A DNA stretch of 63,261 nt, counting the filler, from Choristocarpus tenellus KU-1152 (taxonomy: Eukaryota > Protista > Phaeophyceae), in assembly GCA_964200185.2 (NCBI GenBank). It is 7 parts of 7 records of this genome, joined end to end, with 100 filler letters (N's around TTAATTAATTAA, not from the genome) between each part and the next. Parts side by side here need not be neighbours in the genome. Positions count along the whole stretch, not along the records: positions 12,250 to 27,953 come from CAXNAD020000945.1; 6 more parts are not named here. One strand, written 5' to 3'. Shown here one piece after another: positions 12,250-24,952 of this stretch. The notes under the pieces are model-generated. The model searched no databases. It worked only from the letters and a program-made list of their open reading frames with translations, and was not told where the DNA came from. How positions within the stretch are numbered: the stretch's first letter is position 1; the number at the start of each line of letters is the position of its first letter. The position numbers were made by a program, and so were the translations under genes.

Positions 12250-14727
12250 CATTTCCAAAAAAGGTCATAAAAGAGGCCCTTCTAAGTGCAAATACAGTCG
12301 CAAAAAAACCTTTCGGTACTCTTTTAAGACCGTTTTCGCAAAACAACCATCCTCAATTTTGCGAATCCCCTGTTCAATGTCAAAATCCAAGTGCATCAAA
12401 AAGAGAAAATTGTAAGGACGTCTCTGTAGACAACACATTACGGCATCTGATAAAATATACTAATAAACAATGCCCTTTTCTGTTTCCTCACCCTAAGCCT
12501 AACTTAGGTTCAAAATACAATAATATAGACCAGGTCTAATGCGTCATCAACACACTCGTCAAACTTGAAGAGTACGTCCATGAACGACGCTTGGTGGTCA
12601 AGGAAGGTCTGAACCTCTACATTATTCCCCTTGATACAAAACCAGGTCTGACTGTTTCTCACCCTCAGCATCCATCCCATCTTCTGCATCTCCTTGGGTT
12701 AGGGTTAGAATTACCTAGGGAAAATCAACAGCCTATTGTATTTAAGAGTCCTACTTTCTTCAGATCTCCGCTTTCACATTGGTATGGAGAAAGTGTAAGT
12801 GTGATGAACAAATTTGTCATCAATGACCCCCAAGCCTAACCCTAACCCTAAGTATCCCAACGACTTCAACTGGTGTGTATATAGGTGTGGTAACCAAGAA
12901 CTAGGTTCATTTCTGATCCGTTTTCTAACCAAACCCTAACCCTAATATATACATATTTTGAGGGATTAGATTAACTGAAATCCCAGTTGAAGTGGTAGGG
13001 TTAGGGTTGTAAGGGATGAATCATGTGGGTTCACAGAAGCCGGCAAATGAGAAAGGAGTTCACAGGTAATCAAGTGATATCCGCTGATACATTTCCATTA
13101 TTGCCCCATAGAGGGAAATATTGTACACTTCAACGTAAAAAATGCTACCAAGTAGTATCCTAGTAAGGAAATACACAAAACATCAGAGTGAGGACTGCAC
13201 ACACAAAGGCCAAAATATTATATAATGTAGAGCTGTAGATACAAATAATTTGTGGTTCACTGTTGGGCACAAGATTGCCCAGGGCTATCTACCTAATCAT
13301 GTCCCAGTATGGCATTCCGTAAGAAAGTTACATTGCCTGGTTTCAGAGGAAGTTTTGACAATTTACACCTTAAATGATTAAAAAAAAAATGCCATTCCTA
13401 GCCGTAACCAGCTGTCAACATGGAGGGCATATTTCCAGTCAAACTCACAAATTTTGCATATTCATGTTACTAAGAAATCAACATAAAATAACAGTCGTAG
13501 GAATTAGGGTATCTAAACTTAGTTATCCCACTATAGTCATACTGTGTTTACCATATTAGAAAATCAACACTATGAAATCTATTCCCTAATCTCTCATTAC
13601 CCTCAAAACCATGGAATTGAGCTAAAGAAGAAAATGCAGTCAACAAAAAGTTGTTATTCGATGAACCAGAATCTAATATATAATCTCTTTCTGCTCTTAC
13701 ATCCAAATCAAGTTATGCCTAATTCTTTGGTAGATGAATAACCGAAACCTCTTTTAAATCAACTACTGTTTCTCCTTCATGAAGCATGAACTCATGAAAT
13801 TGTGCACTTCATAGTGAAAGAACATATGAAATGCCCTGACTCATGCCTGGACACAAAGGTATTACGTCAATGCGTATCAGATTCATTAACGTCCTTGATT
13901 AAAGATGAGGGCAAATACTCTCAGCAAAATATGCAACACTACATACTGCAAAAAGTAGCCATCTAACCCTAACCCTAACCCATGCATAAAATGAAGAAAA
14001 AACAACAGTACAATAACCCCAAAAACTTGAAAACTTTAACAGCCTCAGCAATCAACACACAATTCAAAAATCGATAGCTGTATCCTCTAAACCACAAAAC
14101 AAACATTTAAAGCCAATCGAGATAAAATTGGATTTGTAAAACATTTCCTCGTAAGGCAGAGACTCTGCAATTACTGCAACCAGCTACTGACACATACTAA
14201 GATCATAGATATTCGTTTTCTCTGCATCACCGTCAGAAATAACAGAGAGGAAAGTAGAGCATATACTACACAAGTCATACAGTAATAAAAAAAGTCTGCA
14301 ACATGAATGAAATCAACACATGATAGATGCACGTATCAAGACTATCCGTTTGGAAACACGGATCTCAGTGGATAATCTACAGCACCTCCTAAATCAAACC
14401 CAATCTATTGAGAGGACCGTACTAGAATGACACTAACCTAGCTCTAAACCTCCTATTGTCCCGAACAAAGCTGTGCGTTCCACTTGTCTACGTTACCATT
14501 CCCCACCCACATCATCCCTCCCGCACCATCATCCACCAGTGTCATCACATCCTTGAAGTCAACATCTGCCTTTCCTTCCCGAAGCCTCTTCTCCAGTTTG
14601 TCCTCCTGCTCTGTCATGAACTCCCTTAGATCCCCATATGATTTCCCAATACAAACTTTAACTCCAGCTTACAGGTCCCCCTCACCGCCCATCATTCCTT
14701 GAAGAACTTCATCAGTCACTACCCTAG

Positions 14728-14926
14728 CTGTTCGCCGTGTTGAGGTAGATCTTGCAAATTGGACAATAAAATTTAATGTAGCGACTGCTGATAGAAATCA
14801 GATTGCACAACTTTATAAAGAGCTTGAAGATCAGCAAGAAATAATAATAAACTTGCTTAAGGAAAATGGATTACAGGATGATGAAATTCAAATTGGTGTT
14901 GTTGACCATAACTATTATGAATATCG
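14728..14926 (+). other. Inserted fragment of a bacterial-type SIMPL (DUF541) domain gene
   Basis: Open + frame from 14724: LAVRRVEVDLANWTIKFNVATADRNQIAQLYKELEDQQEIIINLLKENGLQDDEIQIGVVDHNYYEYRDE, resembling the recalled SIMPL pattern GL-x-x-R-x-V-x-x-DLA-x-W-x-x-x-F...L-x-x-NG-x-x-x-DEI. AT-rich and flanked by AG on both sides. Removing it restores the ROCO frame ...DISSR/VVTDE. Confidence 0.75.
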
Positions 14927-17900
14927 AGATGAGATATCCGAGATCTCCTCAGCAAGTTCCTCCTTGAACTTGTTAACTAAATCACTCACAGGTATCTCCA
15001 CCCCACCAACAGTCTTGCAAGCCGCCGCAACAATGAAAGCTGTCACCTGGGTGAGAAAAATTGTAAATTATTCAAGACACGGTGTTGAAGAAATGTCGAT
15101 TACTGAGATCAACCTAACCTAGAAAGGCTGGTACCTAGGAAAGTTGCAAGTTCCCAACATACTTCTACAAAATAATTCTAAGTGACCTCATGCAAATTTC
15201 AACCTAGCATTCGTAGTGAGAAGATCAACCATCGGCTACTAATCGCAAAAAACTTACCATATCCAGCTCAATTGCCACCCAGAAGACACTGGTTTTATAC
15301 AGGATTAGAGTACAAGGTGATGCACACCCCAAAAATAGGACATCCCACTACACCATACCTTCGCGTAGATTACGTACCAACCATAAAGCCTTAACAGTTA
15401 CACAGGAGGCTACAACAATTTACTACTATATGCAGACAATGAAGCGAGGGAAAACACAACACCTAAGATAGCCAATGGGTTGGGGTTAGGGTTAGGGTGT
15501 CAATTTGGAAAAAGTATCTACAACAGAGGTCAAAAGTGTTTACCTGCACAACTGGGTACAGCTTCTTCACCCATTCTCGAGTGCCATGGAATGGATACCC
15601 ATTACCATCCAGACCACATGGTATCACCGTATCATCATAAGGGCAAAAGAGGTGAAGTCGCTTCTTTGTCCTGAACACTCCTTCGAAACAATTACATACC
15701 CTCTGAGCCCGATTCTTGACAGAATTACCAGTCACAGCAGTCTCTCTCTCATCGCGAATGGATGTAAGGCTAGGAAATGGGTAGTCCTTATCTAGCACGG
15801 CATTGAGCTTAATCATCATTCCCAGAATGTTGATTTTGAGATTCTCAACGTTCTCTCCCACCATCTCCACCTTCTCTCCCACCAAATCCAACTTCTCCAA
15901 AATTGCACAATGTCTTTTGTCTGCATGTTGCTGCAGTGACTATATCCTCTCCATGACTGCATCCTCTCCTTCAACAGTTCGTGGATCATCGGACCTTTTC
16001 CAGACAAGAAGCCCTGGGAACTGATCTTCGAAGAGCTGCTCTATTATATTTGATAGCTTCAACTCACAATCAGTAACTTCTCTAGACAGTGGCACACCCA
16101 TCACGTGAAACTCAATGCATGATTGTCCGTCCAAGTCAGCCTGATGGTGCAGGTACAACAGTACCTAAGGTCCCCGCATTCTAAATGAAGCTCCATACCT
16201 CCAGCACACATGGAGCTGTAGATCATGCTGAATGCACCGAGCCATTAGCAGCCCAAGTAGACCCGCTGGCATATAAGTTTGTTCCGATAGATAAACACTC
16301 TCAAGCCGCCAGCAATTGTTCAGTAATCCAAACTTTTTCAGGCTTTCCGTCTCGATGGAGGTAGGAAGGCGTACCATCACCATCAGGTTAAGGCTGTTGT
16401 CCAAGGCACTTGTATCCCCATACTGCGTGGGTGGAGCACTTGCAGAAGTGCTCTCAAAAATAGCCCCAAACTCTGACATGGTGCGCAGAAGTCGTTGGAA
16501 GACAACCTCATCCTTGTCCACATCCAAATCACGCCACAAAAAGCGCAAATAGCCAACAGTTAGCCTCCCTGTGATACAGAAGTTGTCATGGACATACTTC
16601 AGATGGATAAAATTAACGCCAGGACGGCTGTTATATTCCTTGGGCTGTGCTATCCAATAGGCCTTCTGTTCTTGACCTGCCAATCTGTGGTCCAAGATTG
16701 CCCGGAGAGGCTTGTTCAGCCAAGATGGGTCAAGATAGAGTATTCCACATGACAGCAGGAATGTACCCTCCGTCTGGTTAAGTTCAACCGCATCCTGCGA
16801 ATCATCAAAAAGGTTATCAAATTGCATCACGGGCAAAGCAAAAAATTAGACAAAAAAAATGTAAACACTTGTCATTGTCTGACCTTTCAGTATATGGGTT
16901 CAAAAGGTTATCCCAAACTTTTTTTTTATTTCAGGAGTTACACTATATAACCTTATGGTCTATGTGGTATCCCTATTAGGTTATTCACTTGACTAGTAAT
17001 GGTAACAATACACCAACCAGTCCCCAACAAGAAAAATTGAAAAAAAATATAAAACAACCCACTTCATCCAAACACAAAGTGAAAACAAGAATAGAAAGCC
17101 TAAAATGCATGCATAGCAAAAACTCCAGAAGGGACAGCACTCGTCTACAATACCCACTGCAGACTTGATAAAGTCAACCCCTTTCAATTTCACTTTGCAC
17201 CACCAAACAAATTTACCACCACAACAATAACAAGTCTTCCTCAAAAGCAAAACTGCCATCATTCTACAAAAATCTCTTGTTGATAAGTTATTCTACCTCT
17301 GGTCTGGTTTAACTCAATCAGATCCAAAAAACAGCACACAGTCATGGACCAATAAAATAAAAATAAATTGGAGAGCGTGCAACATGAAAGCAACAAGTAC
17401 TAAGTAAACCAACCCAAATTCTTTGAAGGGTTGCAAAATCAAACTTTAAGAACTTGTAAGTACATATTAATGTTTCGTAAGCATGGAAATCCAGTAAACC
17501 AACTTTTACACCACTTTCCACTATGACAACTCATTAGCACAAAAATTAAATATAGCAGCAAGCCTTCCTTCATGATACAATATGCTGCCATTCTACAAAA
17601 TTCCATCTTGGTACTCATCATCTACCTTTTCCAAAAAGATAACTCCAATACAAGTTTCAAGAAAGGTACAGTAGGAGAAGTTCCACACCTTTCAGAAATA
17701 GATCTAGTGATGTCTAACCAAGCACATTTTTTTCAATATCAACATCAAAGGTCGTGAACTCTATAGAGGGTCTATATCTCCAGAAAAAGTACACCTAACA
17801 GACATATTCCAAGATTAATGGAAAGTAGAAGTCGCATTGCACTGCCAAAACCACAGTTTCGCCTTGTAGAAGATGCTAACCCTAACCCTAACCTGCCAAC

Positions 17901-19909
17901 AACACAGTTTTGCCTTTACATGATTCTAGTACTTCCAGAGAGTATCTTTATATCAACAACATGCAATTTCCTTGAGTACAGATTTTGAGGACCAAAGGTT
18001 TGTAGGGTAGAAACAGAATTGACTAACCCTAACCCTAACCCTAACCATAATAAATATCATTTCTACGGATCATCATGCCAAATACCATTCAAAATTTAAC
18101 CTCACACTCTCCTCCATTGTCCCAAAAATTTAACTCTCTACGCAATTCAAAAATCCATGCTCTGAGATATTCCAATTTAAAAGTAAGATCAGAAACAAAA
18201 TTAAATTTAAGTCATCTTATTACCCCTTGTAGAATCCTTAATGGACGTGTGATTGGTAAGAAATATACCTAACAGTACAATAATCAATAAATATAAATAA
18301 TATGTTGGATTGAAGGGTAGGTTCTCTTTCATAACAAATTAAATGTAACGAAAAAAATATAATCTTCTAAGACATATTAACCCTAACACTGACCCTAACC
18401 CTATAGCGAAAAGATATATAGAATCTTCCAAGACATATATTAACTCTAACCCTAACCCGATATATATATATATATATATACATATATATCTTACGCTAAG
18501 AGTAGTTTATCCTTAAGACAAGTTAGAAATCAAAACAAAATTGACCATATATAGTGACCATAACAGAAACGGTTGCATACCTTCAGACACGCAGTGACAG
18601 CAGCATCTTCTGCATCACCCTCCCAGTTTCTCTCCTTCCAGATACCTTTCCATCTCCCAACAGCATCCTCCAAATGCAAATACGGCAACATCGTTTGACC
18701 TTCACCCTTGGCATGTGACACCTCACCCGGCTTGTCAGCTGCATTCAAGGGGTCCAACCCATCATGTAGGGCAACCATCAGAGCAGATGCCCTTGCCCAT
18801 CCCATTGGGATAACCTTACCAACAGTGGGAAACAAGCGAGTTCCATCTGGGCCAGGTCTAACTCCATGCATCACAAGCTCCACAATCTTCTTTCGAACAG
18901 CATCCATCCTTCCTCCTCCTGACCGACACGATACAGCCATCACTCCTAAGATGTAAAGGTCCGCAGGTGGTTGAACCCGCTTCATGTTTTCCACACCCAA
19001 CTCCCCCTGCCGCTTAGAACAGATCTTTTCCATCTCTTCACGTTTGACTTTAAGGTGTTCACCAATGAAAAGATCAAGCTTCTTCATCGCACAGTCAACC
19101 TCATCGTCACCCTTCATACAGTCGATATGCGTCCCAACAACCAAAACAGACGAGCCAGGCACCTTGCACAGCAGCAGATCAAGCCAGCTGTAGACAAGCT
19201 TTCCTTCCTCTGACTCTTCATGATAGAACTTGTTGATGTCAACCACAAGAAGGTTTAAGGCGCCAGTGGTAAGAAAAAATGGACACATGGAGTCGTACTC
19301 CTTGTGTGCGCCAAAGTCCCACATCATCAATTCTAGCAGCTCTTCACCATTCGGCTTCCAGGAGTGTACATCCACTCCACGAGTGTGATCTTCAAGAGTG
19401 GTCAAATAGGGCCGTCCATCCAACATACTCCGGGCAAGGCTGGTCTTGCCTGCACAAACCTCGCCAACAAGAACCACCTTCAGCCTGTAGGACTTGGTCG
19501 ACCCAGAACGTTCAAGAGCCTCGTACTATCGAATAATTGCCTCCAAACCACCCTCCACAACCTCTGTTGGAGGACTAACCCATCGGTTGGAGAAAAATTA
19601 GGGTTAGGGTTAAATTAGGCTGTGCCAAACGCATGCACGATCTAAGCCGTATTGGCTGCCTCCTTCGAGAAAACTAATAAGAACAAAGTAAAATATACCC
19701 GACACAGAAGGAAGAGACATTAAGAGTTAGATAAAAGATTGTAAAGCAATGACACAAAACAAAGAGTTATAAAAAGAACTTCCACCACATTCAACATCTT
19801 CCCAACTTCATATACTACATAATATATTACTCAACTGCAGAAATATTATCAGTAGCAAGCATCACTGACAAAATATTGTCCAACTTAGAAATTACCACAA
19901 ATATCAATC

Positions 19910-21524
19910 AGGAGTGGGGTGATAAAGCATGCAAAACGAAAAACACATCTATTCTTACAATCACAAATTCTCAATCACCTTCTATCCTCAGACTAACCAA
20001 ACATCTTCAACCAACCTAGAAAAAACAACGCCATACACAAACAAGAGCAAAAAGAGACCCCTACCACAAAACGAAATACCTCCTCAACATCCTGCCCTGA
20101 CTAATACAACCACAACAAATATACCTACACTCTTGTCCACTACAAACATCACCTCCAGGTACACAACAACCCTCATGCGCACTACATACATCACTCTCCT
20201 GTCAACACATCTAATTGTCACACTAATCAATATCAAACCAACCATGGTCTTGCTCTAGTACTTATACGAAATTGGATTATATCATTTATATATTGCACCA
20301 GTCCAATATTCTTAGGGCACACATCAAAAATATGCATTTTTGACCACACTAGGGTACTTCAACAGAAAACCAAAAAAAAGGAGATACCTTCAAATTCAAC
20401 AAATGTACAACTTCACACTTACCGCTTAATTTATTGAATCCCAAATCTAGGTACGTGAGAGCAGAGAGATTCCCTAGTGACTCCGGGATGCTCCCTGTGA
20501 GAAAAAGAGTTGATTTACGAAAGCCATTCAGGTTTCACAATACACAAACAAACATTAGTCCAGAGTGGGGTGACAAAGCATGCAAAACGAAAACACATCT
20601 ATTCTTACAATCACAAATTCTCAATCACCTTCTATCCTCAGACTAACCAAACATCTTCAACCAACCTACACACAACAACGCCATACACAAACGAGAGCAA
20701 AAAGAGGGACCTACCACAAAACGAAATACCTCCTCAACTATCCTGCCCTGACTAATACAACCACAACTAATATGCTTACACTCTTGTCCACTACAAACAT
20801 CACCTCCAGGTACACAACAACCCTCATGCGCACTACATACATCACTTTCCTGTCAACACATCTGATTGTCACACACTAATCAATATCAAACCAACCATGG
20901 TCTTGCTCTAGTACTGACAAGAAATTGGATTCAATCATTTATATATTGCACCAGTCCAACATTCTTAGGGCACACATCAAAAATATACATTTTTGACCAC
21001 ACTAGGGTACTTCTACAGGAAACCAAACAAAAAGAAGATACCTTCAAATTCAATAAATGTACAACTTCACACTCACCGCTAAATTCATTGAATCCCAAAT
21101 CTAGGTATGTAAGAGCAGAGAGACTCCCCAGTGACTCCGGGATTGCTCCTGTGAGGAAAAGAGTTGATTTACGAAAGCCATTCAGGTTTCACAATACACA
21201 AACAACCATTAGTCAAAAGTGGGGTGACAAAGCATGCAAAACGAAAAACACATCTATTCTTACAATCACAAATTCTTAATCACCTTCTATCCTCAGACTA
21301 ACTAAACATCTTCAACCAACCTATACACAACAACGCCATACACAAACGAGAGCAAAAAGAGGGACCTACGACAAAACAAAATACCTCCTCAACTATCCTG
21401 CCCTGACTAATACAACCACAACCAATATGCCTACACTCTTCTCCCCCACAACATCACCTCCAGGTACACAACAACCCTCATGCGCACTACATACATCACT
21501 CTCCTGTCAACACATCTAATTGTC
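19910..21524 (-). repeat. Tandem 654-bp LRR-exon cassettes (~2.5 units)
   Basis: Near-identical intron+exon units. The exons encode GSIPESLGNLSALTYLDLGFNKLS and GAIPESLGSLSALTYLDLGFNEFS, are 72 nt, phase 1-1, with AG/GT ends. Confidence 0.92.
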
Positions 21525-21697
21525 ACAAGTAAGCCTGGGTACTGTTATCCTCAGGACGTGTGATCTGCATCATGGCACCATGCTCTGACATGGTGTTGAC
21601 CAGGCTTTTGAAAATCGACTGGTCATCATAGTTAACTAGAGCACGCCATAAGAAGCGCAGATACCTAGCAGTCAGCTTGCCAGTCATTATTTTAAGC
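21525..21697 (-). pseudogene. Fragment of a paralogous ROCO COR exon
   Basis: MTGKLTARYLRFLWRALVNYDDQSIFKSLVNTMSEHGAM aligns with the resident ITGRLTVGYLRFLWRDLDVDKDEVVFQRLLRTMSEFGAI but is clearly diverged. Confidence 0.8.
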
Positions 21698-21946
21698 GTA
21701 GGGAAGATTTCTCTGGTTCTTCCTTGATCCATTCCGACGAAAGCTTATTCGGGAGTCCTCTTGATCTAGCCCCCCTCGTCTTGTCCCCCAGCCTCAGGAT
21801 TCCTCATTCGATTTAATACTGTTCATTCCTTCTCCCCTTGTGCCTCCATCTGCCACCTATTTTCTTAACTCCTCAATCTGAACTCTTCCTTCCCTCCTTG
21901 ATACCATCGACAAAACTCATATTACTTCATAAACTTTCCCTTTGAT

Positions 21947-23123
21947 TGGAGAGATGAGGTGTTTGTAGAGAGATTGAAGGATTGAAATATTTTATATTTT
22001 GAATATATATTTTTTGTCTTGCCAATTCATCTTTCAGTGACGAATTTTTCACCTTACCTGTCACACGACACTCACTCATCGATGGTAGATGGTTATCACG
22101 TGCCAAAGAGGTAAATCCAACAAGTAGATTATACACAAATTGCATTTGTTGTCGTTCTGGGGCGTGTGATTGTCCTCGTTCACGGGCGGTCATGGGGACA
22201 GCGACTAGCAGGTTGGAATCATCCCGGAGAGCAGGTGAGTTGTTTTCATGGTGTTTCCGGTGATAGGTTGAGAATGAACATGCCAAACAGAGAACAGCAA
22301 CTAACAAATTTTGTATCGCATTTGTCGCTTGTTGCCCTTCGCTTCTCGACTACAGTCGCGCAACGGGAGATTCTTCTTGAATTCTATGTCTCCACGAATG
22401 GACATCTGTGGTGGAATAATACCGGGTGGAACTCCAATGCCCATGATCTGTCAACGTGGTACGGGATTGAAGTCGACGATGAAGGGTACGTTGTGAAGAT
22501 CAACCTCCCCGAGAACAACCTCAAGGGTAAGATTAGACTGTGGTGTTTTACATTCCAAATTTGTGTGGTGCACGTCCATTTCCTGGTGGCTTCTTGTGTG
22601 GTTGGCTTCAAATTTGTGATGTGTATATCGAAGGGCGCAATAGTGTTGACTCGCTCGTGAAGGTCTTGTACAGATATGAATGATCGAGGAGTTTACACTG
22701 AGCATTCGTGCATGTGTGATGACAAATGGGCCAGTGGCTGTGAGGTTAAAGTCAAATAGTATTGGTGGAGGTTTTGTCCGCAGTAGTGGTCCTAGGAAGG
22801 AATGTGGTATGTGTACATGAGATCATTCTTGACTTCTGCCGTTTTTGAAGGTCAACGATGAGGCGTGTGTTAACATTTGTAGGGGAATATGGCACCTCGA
22901 CTCCTTTCGTAAGTGACAAAAAAATGATTTTTACGATGACGCAAGGGCTCGTCTTCAAAGGTTTGATTTTGGGGATTCTTGTGAAGGGAGATGGAACACA
23001 ACCTATATCGAAAGGTCTTTTGAGGTGGGGTAGACAAAACTGTACAAGAGTGAAGCTGTGCGAGAACTGGACCATTTTGTCGTTGTGATTGGTTGGGTGT
23101 GTCTCAGCTTTGACATCTACCTC
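21947..23123 (+). repeat. Inverted copy A of the ROCO 5' module, with intact exons 22192-22234 and 22356-22526
   Basis: Reverse complement of ~24953-26120. Encodes MGTATSRLESSRRA|VAQREILLEFYVSTNGHLWWNNTGWNSNAHDLSTWYGIEVDDEGYVVKINLPENNLKG (LRRNT) with good splice sites. Confidence 0.88.
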
Positions 23124-24007
23124 TGAAAAGCGTCCGTCAGGCTTTAGTTATGCTTTAGATTACCCCATCTTGAAGTGGTGATCGCGAGTAACCTCTTGCA
23201 CTAAAGTATTTGTGACCAGAATGATTCGGACAGAACATGCAGTACCGGTAGATTGGTGTTCCAATTTTTATCCTGTTTGTGTTTATGTGATGTTTACAAG
23301 TAAAATGTTGGCACATGTATTCAAAATCCGATGAAACATATTTCTGTGTAAATTGTAACTTCCTGAGATAAATTCTGCTACATTCCCTCAACAAAACCTT
23401 TTCTACTTTAGAATGTTCTGTGTACATAATATATTGCTGAAAGCAGAGTATCATTTTTTTTTTTGTTAAATCAGTGAATGAGCAAAAGCATACCATCCTC
23501 TCTGAGGGATTGGTACTTGAGATGAAATCTTTTAAAGCATCTGTTGGAAGGCATTGATTATCAGCTTATCACTGGCTTATAGTTTTGATTTGTCATATTT
23601 CAAGTTTCTGGAAATCTCGATGAATTGATTTGATATCTTTACTTTATTGCATACCCTAATATGATAGCAAACAGAATGTTTATGTCTGGCACTTGAGAAT
23701 CAGGCCAGAAGGAGACCAGTAAGGATTACAAAACTAATAGAGGAACAGACAATTAATTGTGGCTGTGCTTCTGAAGTGGTCGAGTTGTAGGTACATGTAG
23801 ATTTGCACTGATATCCGTTGATACAATTTAGAGTAGTTAGGTTAAATAGTACCATTTTAGCTTTCTGTAGAGAGATTTTTGAATTTTCTAGTCAACATAT
23901 TTTTGTTCCATATCTGACCGAAGGTGCTCTTGGTATGATAAACTGTCTTGTAGTGTGTAGTGAAAGCTAACCATTAACATTATTAGAACACCCATAATTT
24001 TTTGTTG

Positions 24008-24340
24008 GGGTACTTCAACAGGAAACCAAAAAAAAAGATACCTCTAAATTCAACAAATCTCCAACCTCACACTCATCGCTGAGTTCATTGTACTCCAAAT
24101 CTAGGTGTGTGAGAGCAGAGAGATTCCCCAGTGACTCCGGGATGCTCCCTGTGACGAAAAGAGTTGATTTAAGAAAAGCCATTCAGGTTTCACAATACAC
24201 AAACAAACATTAGTCCAGAGTGGGGTGACAAGCATTCAAAACGAAAAACACATCTATTCTTACAATCACAAATTCTCAATCACCTTCTATCCTCAGACTA
24301 ACCAAACATCTTCAACCAACCTATCCACAACAACGCCATT
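24008..24340 (-). repeat. Isolated partial LRR cassette (exon 24148-24077, donor GT>AT)
   Basis: Same cassette as 19910-21524. The exon encodes GSIPESLGNLSALTHLDLEYNELS and is followed by ATGAGT instead of GTGAGT. Confidence 0.88.
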
Positions 24341-24952
24341 GACAAGGTAACCTATTCACACTAATCAATATTAACCTAACCAAAATGATGGTTCTAATCA
24401 CCAGTATTGATGCACTACGCGGTTATGGTGTGGTTAGCATCCTACAATAGCACTAGAATTTTATTTTCTGGCAAGATGTGTAGATGTGCCGTTTATACTA
24501 CACCTTTAATAGGAGAGAATAGCAGAATGTTGAGAAAAATGAAGCGCCGTATTTTAGGTGTTCCCGTTGAATTTGTAGAACTGAGTAGTCAAATAGTGTA
24601 GATAACAAAAACCGTTTTTTTGGTGTATCTTTCATGCCTTATTATTTGGAGCACACAAAGTAAAACTGGTATCGAACATGCACTCTTTGCAACATTCTGT
24701 TGAAAGTTTATGATATGTGTTTCTCTTACAGGAATGAAAAAACACTGAGAAATTCGTGGAACAGAAGATTTTATCAGGTGAGAAACAAAAAAATCACACG
24801 TTAACTATCATCAGTAACATTATCTTGTGCAAGGGAAAGGAGTCGCACCTACTAAAACATGTGTTCCACAATTGATAATATAGGAGCATTGTATAAAACT
24901 TTGAACAAAATTTCAATCTAATGTATAAATGAAAGCCAGAAAGTGGATTTCA

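Noticed and set aside
14728-14926. The ROCO last-exon insert as an intron
   Set aside because: No frame-restoring excision gives GT/GC-AG ends on the ROCO strand; the AG-ending option starts with CT.
14453-19528. Alternative genetic code (TAR=Gln)
   Set aside because: Housekeeping exons in the window have no internal TAR. The apparent TAG at 33107-33109 is a splice acceptor.
19929-21279. Plus-strand Thr-rich ORFs in the ORF track
   Set aside because: They are antisense readings of the repeated intron; the real coding units are the 72-nt minus-strand LRR exons.
23124-24007. Recombinase or other gene inside the inverted-repeat spacer
   Set aside because: AT-rich with no credible ORF or recombinase motifs.
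24415-24450. tRNA-like GGTTATGGTGTGGTTAGCATCC
   Set aside because: No T-arm/B-box or cloverleaf follows it.
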